A DNA stretch of 64,000 nucleotides from Lingula anatina (Eukaryota > Animalia > Brachiopoda), in NCBI GenBank assembly GCA_051362555.1, contig JBPQGU010000016.1, positions 5,704,001 through 5,768,000 on the forward strand, given 5' to 3'. The notes beneath the pieces were generated by a model, which saw only the letters and a list, made by a program, of their open reading frames with translations, searched no databases and was not told where the DNA came from. Positions within the stretch are counted from its first letter, which is position 1. Every line of letters starts with the position of its first letter. Below, piece after piece: positions 27,350-37,558 of this stretch. A program made the translations under genes and the position numbers.

Positions 27350-29534
27350 TAAGATACCATGGGGGTACTAGAATACATAAGGAATCAAAGGGGAAAATGT
27401 GATGTGGTGGGTTGGGAATGTCTCTTTTCCTAGTATCACATAAGTAAGCCAAGATAAGGATTGGTGTTACAGTTTTGGCCTCTCTACACCACTTGCTGGA
27501 CAACAGAGCAGTTGGATCTGCTATCAGTTATAAACCTATGAGATGGATGGTATCATGTTTTACATGGATACCCTAGAGAAAGAAAAGTTTGTTCCTGTAG
27601 TGAACAGGATACATTCTGTCAGTTTTTATCTGCACAAATAATACTTCCAAGACAAACCTGATATCACCTCGAGTTAAATTTTATTTTCTGTGTCTCTAAC
27701 TTTCAAGCTCTCTTTTAGGTTTTTAACAGCAAATGAAAAAGAAAATGCTTATTTTTGTTATCATTTTAGGTCATAACTCCTGATTGAATTACAAATTATA
27801 GATATGTTAAAGAAATATGCACAAAATAAAAATGACTTTTTGGTTTAAAGTTATATGAAGATTAATGTAAGCACTATTTTAAAAGGAATATTCATCGTAC
27901 TTGACAAATAATGTTAGGAACATTTAAAACAATCAAGCTTAGGACAGGACTTGTAGTTCACCTGGACCCTTGGACCCAACTAGAAAATACAACTAGTAAA
28001 TAGGATACAAAAAACTAATAGTATACAGAGGAGAGCAGAAAATAATCAGCAATGCTCTGATAAAATTCCCTCAGCTTCAGACACTTTCAGATTATTTTCA
28101 AATTAGCAGAAAGCCACCAGCCCTATGTAACAGACAATGCAATTTGCAACACAATATATATGTAACTCCCACTACAGTTGCTTTGGGCAGTAGAAGTACT
28201 TATAACCTTTCAAAAATGAGCATGTTGGTGTCTTTTTAACAGTTGGTAAATGCAGTTTGAAATGTCACTTTGTTGAAAAAAGAAAGTACTGCTCTACTCT
28301 TCCACTTGAAAAATAAACTTATATGAAGAACATTAATTTAATAAATGCCACATTGAAATACTGAGTAATCACTGTAAGATCAGTGACATGCTGAATGTTG
28401 TTTTGATCCCTTCATATTACTTTCTCATTTTTTCTTAATTACGATCCAGCACCTTACCAGCATCTCCCAAGGGAGGGGTAACTTCAAATCAAGTGAACTT
28501 CACTCGTCTCCATCCCCATTAGGAAAGTAACTAAGAAAATAGAAAAATTACTCCAGAATGTCTTTATACATGTACATGTACCCCAGTACATTGTGCCTAA
28601 ATCATGACTTTTTCAATAGTTTTGGATTTGGTGTACTTTGGGGAATGAGGGTTGCAGGTGTGGAAATTTCCAAGAAACCAATTTTTTTTTCTGTTTAAAT
28701 CAAAAATAATCCATGGTAATTAGATGGAATTTCACCCTTTCCTGGTTAATGGAATTGGCTATGTCATTTACAATTTTTTAATTCTAAACACATTTTTTTT
28801 CAAATGTTTGAAATATAGTCATTTTCTTCAGTGGCACTCCAACCACCACAATTTCATGATAAAATGGCTTCTTTTTTGTGACTAAGAAAGAGGGTATAAA
28901 AAAAGTCAGTATATAAATGAATGGAAAACAATGCACTTACATACCTTTTAGTTCAAAAATGTTACTCCATCTTAATAAACAATGTGGTCATAACCTGGGG
29001 AGAGACTGCAACAGTCTAGAAGACTATCGTTTGTTCAAGAAATAAAAACACTTAATTTCCGGCATTGCGTTTTGGGACTATCATATTGGACTCAATGGAA
29101 TATGAAAATTATGAAAACTATTTAAACAAGCTCTCATGGTACACAGTTTATGTCCTGTAGTTTTGTCATGTGAAATGTCATTGAATTTGAAATAATTTAT
29201 TTGATGCCTGTTTATTATCTTTTCGACATATTTTGATTGATTACTATAATAACCTTGAAAACAACATATTAATACAGTGATGCTAATCACATCTGATTCA
29301 ATTGCCAAAACATCCAAGCACTACAACTCCAATAATTTACAATATTATAAATTAGCAAAACCTGACATGATAAATATGACCACCATATAAAAACAATATA
29401 GATAACCATGAATTATTGCAAGTAGCAGGTTGTAATATTTAATAACGTTTGATTTGTAAACTTATTGGCTAATACATATCTGTTTTTTCTGTGTGTCATT
29501 TTCTGTCTCTGAGATTTCAGTTTCTCTTATCTTT

Positions 29535-29548
29535 GTTGCCATGGCAAC
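29535..29548. promoter_or_regulatory. Perfect palindromic RFX X-box
   Basis: GTTGCCATGGCAAC is an exact match to the symmetric RFX consensus; function not shown. Confidence 0.45.
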
Positions 29549-30742
29549 AGGTCTCACATTCAAACATTATTCACCAGGTAAGTGACAAACACAAAATAAA
29601 AGCTTGGGAACTTAACTACCTGAAAAACATATTGAATATAAATTCTAAGGGATCCTGGATTTGATCTTCAGTCTTCATACTTCAGTGTAAGCATATCTTT
29701 CAGAACTTGGCAGTCTGTACAACCTTAAGTGCTACCACATCCCTGTTAAACCTTTAAATATTATGTTTTTTGCAGAACCCACCTTATGCCATAGTGATTA
29801 CATGTATCAGTTTATTTTCAGCTACTTTAGATATATATTTAAAAACAAAAACAAGCATTCAGGCACAGTCAGCTCACGACTCCTATTCTCCAACTCAGTA
29901 GCACAGGTACCCAACATAAACTGATGTCTGGCATAATAGAGCTATTTCAAACAATAAAAGTACAAGATGGTTCCTTGAACACACGGCAGTCAACACTAAT
30001 TGTTCCACCTGAAAAAGTGGCGAGGTAATTGCCTCATCGGGGATTTCAACATCACGGTGTTAACAGATCAAAGTACTCCATCAGTTGTTAAGGTGGTGTT
30101 CACTCAGATGAAAACTAACTCAATTGAAAGGTTAACAGCTTCATCTCAAACAGGAAACTTCATTACTGACATTATTAGAAGAGTACGACACCACAATTAA
30201 GAACACCACCCTAAAGAGTTCCCATGTCTTCCTCATGTGTACTTGATAGCATAGCCTGTTTGTTAAATGTTAACATGGGTGAAATTTTCAGGATTACATG
30301 TATGCCTGATTACAGGATTTTCAGTCTTCTGTTTTTAGTCGTTTTTTCAAATAGTTCAAATGCAGTGATAAATTGCAAGCTGCATTTTCAAGATTTTCAG
30401 TTTTTACAACTTGCACTCATGTTTAAATGATGCAGAAGTTTTTTTTTTTTTTTGTGCATTTCTTTGTCTTTTATTTACATTTAATGATGTGCATACTTCT
30501 AAATTTTAACAGAAAATAACCACAATTCATAAGAGTGTTTTTTTTTTTATATATACTTTTATATCACTGAACAGATGTGGAACATGACAGAAATGGGATT
30601 AAAAGTTGTGGAATTATTAAAGGGGGGAGATTAATGGAGTTAAATGAGTCATATTGTTGCTGAGAAGATATAAATAATACCTGAATGGTGTCAGAAATAA
30701 TTTATCTTACATAATTATCACCATAAGCTGCATAGTTGACAG

Positions 30743-31125
30743 TCATCATTATTTTAATTGTTGCTTTAATTCTCTAATAATGTTTTGCTGTGTTGGACAG
30801 AAATGACTGCAGCTTTGCAGAGATAAGAAGATGGGATACTTTTGGGCGAAGACTGATAAAGGAATAAACACACTTTTATATCACTTAACAGATGTGGAAC
30901 ATGGCAGCAATGGGATTAAAAGTTGTGGAAAGTGGGGATATGCTGGTTAACAATTTAGACATATGTATTCTACAGACAATGCTGTGAGGAAAAAAAATAG
31001 TTGCCTTTGAAGAGGATGAACTTAATGGATCTTTTTCAGTGAAATAGAAAGAGTGAAAACTGATGAATGTAATGTACACCCCTGGAAGGCAGGGTCCTGA
31101 TGTTTAAAAATTAAGCCATTTTATT
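30743..31125 (+). repeat. About 400-bp direct repeat, copy 1 (partial third copy at about 30555-30612)
   Basis: Collinear shared blocks with 32319-32738: TCATCATTATTTTAATTGTTGC, TATATCACTTAACAGATGTGGAACATG, GGGATTAAAAGTTGTGGAAAGTGG, GATGAACTTAATGGAT. Confidence 0.8.
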
Positions 31126-31505
31126 TTACAGAAGTTAAATTTAGGTTTTTGTGTGAGAGAGAGAGAGAAAGAGATTATGATTTATCTCACTTAGCCATGT
31201 CTTGCCATTTAATACAGTACTGTTTATATATCTGTAGTTATAGGAAACTATAAAAACCGATATTGGCTATATGCTGGGTGACTTTTATCCACCAAATAAA
31301 AAATTAACTTTTCATAAAATAAATTGTTAGAGGGTAGCATGTATAGAAGGTACCTGCTGATGCAAACCTCTTATACTGAGTAGCATCAGTGGAGGGAGAT
31401 TTCATTTGGCTCAAATATGCACTCTGAAATGCTTCTTGATTTTGGGATTTATACTTGTTGACCTATCTCTTTGTCATGGTACATGTAAAATAAAAACAAA
31501 ACTAA

Positions 31506-31720
31506 GGCCACATTCCCATAGATTTTAGATCGATCTATCCTTGTTGGGAATTCTCACTAGATTACTGTCAGATAATCCGGCTTAAATGTTCGTCCCGCCT
31601 ACTACAAGCTGTAAGGGGGTAATTAACTTTCATGCCTGCTCAGCTGACAGCTATTTAAACTGAACCCCTAGGGAGTTAGGTCGATCTAGTTGGATCGATC
31701 TAATCTCTGGGAATGGGGTC
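31506..31720 (+). mobile_element. Tourist-like MITE, family A (215 bp)
   Basis: GGCCACATTCCCATAGATT ... AATCTCTGGGAATGGGGTC; TAA TSD (31503-31505, 31721-31723). Confidence 0.85.
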
Positions 31721-31776
31721 TAAGAACCAAATCATTTAATGTATACTGAACTTTAATAAAGTAACCATTATACTTA

Positions 31777-32035
31777 GGCTTCGTTCACATGCAATGTCTA
31801 TTTTCTATTTTCTATTTTCTATTTTCGGTATGTCTTATGATCACGGTCTGTGCACTGAATATCCCGCGGCGTAATTACTGGCAGCGCGAGCCAGTTACTA
31901 TAAGTTATTATAAGTAACTGGCTCGCGCTGCCAGTAATTACGCGGCGGGATATTCAGTGCACAGACCGTGATCATAAGACATACCGAAAATAGAAAATAG
32001 AAAATAGAAAATAGACATTGCATGTGAACGAAGCC
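31777..32035. mobile_element. Palindromic (foldback) Harbinger-type MITE, copy 1
   Basis: 259 bp, almost perfectly self-complementary (GGCTTCGTTCACATGC ... GCATGTGAACGAAGCC); TTA TSD (31774-31776, 32036-32038). Confidence 0.92.
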
Positions 32036-32318
32036 TTAGTAGATGGTATCTTAACTGCTCCTCAGTAATTATGTAATTAGCACCACGCAGGCAAGAGACC
32101 CCCCTGTTGTTACTCACACAAATGGTCTTAAACTGGTCTTCATCCTGACCTGTCTATACTGAAACCCAGGAAAAGTTTGAATGAGTAAGGAAGATAATTA
32201 TTAAACAACTTAACTGGAACTCAGTCCAGAGATGACCCTTTGCTCCTAAAGAGTGAGGCCATTTTTGCCTGTATAAAAAATTGCAGTTCAACATTCCTAA
32301 CAGCACATTATCAATATA

Positions 32319-32738
32319 TCATCATTATTTTAATTGTTGCCACAATTGGCTAAAAATGTTTTGCTGTTTTGGACAGATATGACTACAGTTCCGTAGACCT
32401 CATAAATAGGAGTACTTTGGTGAAGACAGATAAAAGGAAAAACACACATTTATATCACTTAACAGATGTGGAACATGACAGGAATGGGATTAAAAGTTGT
32501 GGAAAGTGGAGATATCCTTGATAATTAAGAATTTGGACATGCTTCAGAGCATCCTGCCAGGAAAAAAACGAGTGCCTTTGTCCTATAAATCTACTGCCTC
32601 TTAGCAGAAGATGAACTTAATGGATATTTTTTCAATTAGAGGGAATGAGTGCAGGCACATGAATGTGACAGTTAAAGAATGCCTCCGGGAGGCTTATGGT
32701 GACAGGGTCCCCATGTTGTAAAAATTAGTTTATTTTAT
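32319..32738 (+). repeat. About 400-bp direct repeat, copy 2
   Basis: Homologous to 30743-31125. Confidence 0.8.
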
Positions 32739-33049
32739 TGGCAGTTGAGGAAATAAATGTAAAGAATATGTCCCCAGACTGACTACAGAGACAGTAAAAG
32801 ATTGTATTAAATGACAAGATAATTACCAGTAAGCTAAATGAAATTAGTCACAATCTCTCTTTCCTAGAAACATACTTGAATCTGTATAAGGTGGGGTTGA
32901 CTTTGCAGTGATAGGAGTAATGTGGCAGGAATATTGTTTTAGAAAACTATACAACAGTGACACACAAAACATGTTGATTTCATGGTACAATACACAGTGA
33001 TATGACATAACTCAGAGAAAACAACCAAGAAAAATATCCCTGGATATAT

Positions 33050-33217
33050 CAGGCCCGTAGCCAGAGGGGGTTCGGGGGGTTCGAAAGAACCACCCCTTTT
33101 GCTGGGAAAAGGTCCACTCCGGTTAAAATTTGATCTAGGTACATGAAGTTTTTATGGGAAAAGGTCCACTTTTTCAGAAAAAGAACCCCCCTTTTGAAAT
33201 TGCTGGCTACGGGCCTG
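33050..33217. mobile_element. 168-bp MITE with 5-bp TSD (hAT5-like)
   Basis: Perfect 15-bp TIRs CAGGCCCGTAGCCAG / CTGGCTACGGGCCTG; TATAT duplicated at 33045-33049 and 33218-33222; internal repeat GGGAAAAGGTCCACT x2. Confidence 0.85.
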
Positions 33218-33249
33218 TATATACTGTCAGCTTTTATTCATTGGCGTAC

Positions 33250-33500
33250 CTTACTAGCTAGACTGGGTTCAATCAATCTAACAGGATAGATCCATCTCCA
33301 AGGGGTTTCTCGCTAAATTATTTTCAGCGTAAGCAGCTAAGATGACTGGCATACCAACTGAAGCTGTTTAACAATAATTAATTACCCCCTAGCAACTTCA
33401 GTAGGCATGACAGACATCTAAGTTGATTGCAATTTAGCGAGAATCCCCTCTGAGATAGATTGATCCACATTTAGTACAGTAGGGTCCAGGTATGGTCCCC
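33250..33500. mobile_element. Decayed Tourist-like MITE, family B
   Basis: Shares CCATCTCCAAGGGG..CTAAATT, CTGAAGCTG..TAATTACCCCCT..CTTCAGTA and ATTTAG.GAGAA.CCCTCTGAG with 13481-13731; ends approximate. Confidence 0.55.
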
Positions 33501-35188
33501 CAGTCTGCTATTATTCTTACCCAACTCTCCTTTAAATGCAGCTGTGTCACTTTATGTTACGCCAATCAGGAGACTTTGTGTGATCTAGGCTTAGAGGAAT
33601 CTCATTGAGAATGTGGTGATAAAGATCATGCTAGTGATAAAAAACAAGGGCATTGTACTTCCAATTACATAAGGACACAACTGTAAAGAGTATAATATGT
33701 CCCATGGGAATTGGGGAAAAGTGCATGGAAGGTTGACTATCAACAATGAATGATTGCATGAAATGGCAAGGTAAATTACACTAATGAAACTGAATTAACC
33801 ATAGGTGATAACCATGTAAGAGTAAGTCTTCTGTAAACATTTTAGTTAATTGCTATTTTGATGACATTTTAGATGACCATAAATACTTTTGTTGAAATGT
33901 AGTCATGACTTTTTTTTATCTTCCAATTTCTGTGAATTTTTTAGAATAATCTGGTTGTTTTGCTCCTTTTAGCCTCTCTCTCTCTCAAACACCCCCCCCC
34001 CCCCCCCCACACACACACACTTGCATGAGGCACATCTTCCTATGAATTGTGTTAGTTGAGCTACTCACATCCTGACACAATTGCCTTAGCTGTACCAACC
34101 CCTATACACATAAAACACAATGACTATCAAATTGGAGATAGAATCCTAATTATGCAAAAAGAGAATTTTTTAGCCCATTGATTATGTTGGAGTGTAAGGA
34201 AGTTCTTGTGACCTTTTTCATAAATTTCAACTTCATATGCATTAATTAATTTATTCTGTTGTGACTTCAACATTCATCTTCATGAGTATGATTTTCCAGG
34301 CCAGTTGGTATCTTAAAGAAAAGACAAAAAAATGTTTAATTTTAGGTGTCTTTATGCCATAATCCAACCCCTTGCATCCAAATTCATATCAAATTCATAT
34401 CTGGTATGCAACACATGGCTTAATGTGCTACCTACTATCGGGGTAAGTGCTTTCCCCCCTCCCCCCCCCCCTCATCCCCCCCCTTCTATCTCTGAGCATC
34501 TTACTTGTTATTTGTCATTTTATGTGCAGTAAAAGAAAAGCCATATAGTTTTTCTTACACTTTTATTTCAAGAAGACACACATCATTTGTTGGACTTGCA
34601 CTTATAGCATCAAAAATTGAACATACACACTCTTGTTACCCTGTACAAAATGAATGGACAAATATATATTTGATTGCAGTGTCATAACCAGGTAATATGG
34701 TTACTGTCTGTATTTCTGTGATGGAAGGACCCAGGAGCAGTTATGATTCTCCTTGCAGTAGATAAAACAAGAAGTTAACGGTTCTGGAGCACATTATTAT
34801 ACTGGTATTACTGGGTATTATTATTTCTCCGCAAGGTAGACAACTGAGAATTTAAGGTGTGCAACAATAACCAAAAGAACTCTGAAAAACTTAATACTAA
34901 TGTGATGCCAAAGTTATGGGTTGTTAATTTTGATGTAATTTAATCTGCATGAAGATATAATTGTCAATTAATAAGGAAATATGGTCTATATTCAGGTGAA
35001 ATCATTGAATTTTTCCAGAGGAATACGTAAGTAATTCACAAAACAAAATGTTTGCTGATTAAAAGGTAAACAAACCAGAGCAATTCTAGCCTGAAAATGA
35101 GAGTGACGCCTTGGATTGGCTCAGTTAATAGAAATTTCATTAAGTCTCTGGTGTTAATGGTGGCTGATTGAAGTAATCCCCAGTGGCT

Positions 35189-36355
35189 TTAGGTTCCTTT
35201 TATTGCTACAGCCAGGTTACCTGTAGTTGTCAGGGAAGTCTTCGGGGTGGGGTTTGGATCAGACTCAGAACTGCACTGCAAATAGCTTCTGGTCTCTAAA
35301 CTTTGTCTTCCATGATGATTCTGTGCCTTCTTGTCCTTTGTTTTCTTTTTTGCCTTGTTTTGTTTATCTTTCCCAACAGTTTTGAGACATGTGTTCCGTA
35401 TTTGCTGATTCATAAGGCCGTAGATAACTGGGTTAAGACAGGTTCCGATGTGATGGAGGACAGAAACAAAGACATAAACATCAGCGTCCAAGTTGTTCTT
35501 TTTGTCAACTACGCGCACAACACCATATATCAAATATCCTATGACAAAGATCAAAAAAGTAACTCCGAACATTTTGGTTATCTGAATTTCACGTCGCACA
35601 GATGTTTGTACAAGGTGCATGTTCCTCTGTACTCTACGAACATATATGAATATTGTTGCAAAACATACTACAACTATTATACTCGGGATAATTATTATTA
35701 CTGATATTGAAGCAAGAGTTCTTGCTGAATATGCAGAAGAAATGACACATCGTAATAACTTTGGCACATACTGTGACATTCGGGCAAAGAAAGAAGGTAC
35801 TACAGCTAAGAGTGGAATGATTCTTGTCAAAAATAAGACTAATACAACATACAATGTTTTTGACATACTTTGGTAGAAATTATTCTTTACTACAACAAGG
35901 TAGCGGTGGATGGCTATCAGAGCTGAATGCCAAACAGAACAGCCACTGAGAAGAATTGAAAACTCTGGTAGCATTTGACACCACAAATCATTAGCCAACC
36001 ATGACAGTGTGATGTACGTTTGTATCACAAAGACTTGGGTGAAGACAATATTCATGACATCATTCATGCACAAGCTCACAATAAACACATTAATAGCATT
36101 CCAAAGTTTCCTGTGTTTGCAGACGATATAGGTAATCCAGAAGATTCCGAGGAGTGCCTCTATTGAGAATGGGATCATGACCACCACAGCAATGGCTGTC
36201 GCTGTCCTGGATGGTAGAACATCGCTGGGAGGATATGTGTCGTTGATATTATTAGCACAGGCTATCAGAGAATTGTCTGAGTATGATAAAGAGTTGTTGC
36301 CTGTCGTCTGGATTCCTGTGCAAACTGTTAAGTTATTGTTCAGATTAACCTCCAT
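35189..36355 (-). CDS. Class A (rhodopsin-like) GPCR, Moody/Tre1/GPR84/melatonin-receptor-like, single coding exon, 388 aa
   Basis: Seven hydrophobic segments; N-terminal N-x-S/T sites; TM2 FIVSLCMND; ECL1/TM3 W..WC; TM3 IAIHRY; ECL2 Cys; REIQITKM at the start of TM6; TM7 CLNPVIYGLMNQQIR (NPxxY plus helix 8); basic then Ser/Thr-rich tail. Confidence 0.95.
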   Translation of the reverse strand: MEVNLNNNLTVCTGIQTTGNNSLSYSDNSLIACANNINDTYPPSDVLPSRTATAIAVVVMIPFSIEALLGIFWITYIVCKHRKLWNAINVFIVSLCMNDVMNIVFTQVFVIQTYITLSWLANDLWCQMLPEFSILLSGCSVWHSALIAIHRYLVVVKNNFYQSMSKTLYVVLVLFLTRIIPLLAVVPSFFARMSQYVPKLLRCVISSAYSARTLASISVIIIIPSIIVVVCFATIFIYVRRVQRNMHLVQTSVRREIQITKMFGVTFLIFVIGYLIYGVVRVVDKKNNLDADVYVFVSVLHHIGTCLNPVIYGLMNQQIRNTCLKTVGKDKQNKAKKKTKDKKAQNHHGRQSLETRSYLQCSSESDPNPTPKTSLTTTGNLAVAIKGT

Positions 36356-36555
36356 TGTATTGTCACAGTTTGTTTTTTAATAATCAATAGTATGCTGTGT
36401 GGGGTCTGTCCTTTCTATGGCAGAATGTGTATAGTTTACAGAGCCACAATGTGTATAGTTTACAGTGCTAGGTGCCAGATTATGTCGTCATGGAGACAGG
36501 AATCACCACTGGAGGCTGCAGGGGGTCTGATGCCTTCTCTGAAAAGATGTCAAAT
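36356..36555 (-). other. Putative GPCR 5' UTR portion and splice acceptor
   Basis: Minus strand reads TTGACATCTTTTCAG|AGAAGG (AG at 36540-36539), 183 nt upstream of the ATG; contains a 3-codon uORF ATG ACG ACA TAA (36491-36480). Confidence 0.5.
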
Positions 36556-36712
36556 CAAGCTTGAATTATGATTTTTTTTTTTTTACAAAACTTCAGTCAT
36601 TATGATCTGGATGTCTGAGAATGGAGTTACTTTAACCTCCAGTAAAAAGTTGACTTCATTAAAAAACCTGTAATATTTAACCTCCAAAACAGTTTTTACC
36701 AGTTGTCTTTAA

Positions 36713-36956
36713 GGGTTCATTCCCTATGAAAATATTGTGCTGCATAGTTGGATACAACTGCCCAGGGACTCTTGCTGAATGCAGTCAGATTAACAGACCT
36801 CTTTCTTGAAATGAGTAGAACACTGAAAATCTGGTGATCGCAAGTACATTGGAAACAGATGGAGGCATGTTAAGCTGTTGATCCGATTGCAATCTGCAAG
36901 AGTCCCCATGGAGTTGGATCAGTCTGTAGAATGTTAGTTTCATTGGGAGTGAATTC
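36713..36956. mobile_element. Diverged Tourist-like MITE, family C
   Basis: GGGTTCATTCCC ... GGGAGTGAATTC flanked by TAA / TTA; internal homology to 26399-26715. Confidence 0.55.
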
Positions 36957-37558
36957 TTATTTTCTCAGTCAAAAAAAGATTATTCAGAGGGTTTCTGCCT
37001 CCTCCACTTTTGGTTTGCTTCCAAAACAAAATTAAATGATGTGATGCATGTATACTCAATTTTTTTTCTAACCATCTGTTTTTTAAAGAGAGGAATGTAT
37101 GTTTAATTTATTGACTTTTTTTTTTTTTTTTTTTTTTTTTAGAAAATGGATGTTTGAATATTTCATACCTTTCCTCTAAATTGTAAGATTGCCAGATGCT
37201 GCATTATTGTCATATTTGTATGGACTTGTATGTTCACACATGCTGCTGCAAAATATCATTTTTTTTTTGTTAGCAACTAGTGCCCAAAAGTCAATTTAAT
37301 TATACTTTTGTGTTATCTAGGAAAGGCATACACAGTGAAGTTAAGTTATTTAGATGCAATGTGATACATGCGTATAAATGTAAAATAAAATGATGTATAT
37401 ATGGCTGACATGATTGATGAAGTTTGTATTCAGCTGCATTTTGTTAAGTGCTTTGAGTGATTTTCAAATTGGCAATCAGATTCATCTATGTATATGTTTT
37501 TTTCAGTGGTTTGTTAGAAAACAGCACTTGATCAATTGTTTCATTTCTTCTGTACATA

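Noticed and set aside
35303-36380. Plus-strand ORFs overlapping the GPCR
   Set aside because: Antisense shadows of the real coding sequence.
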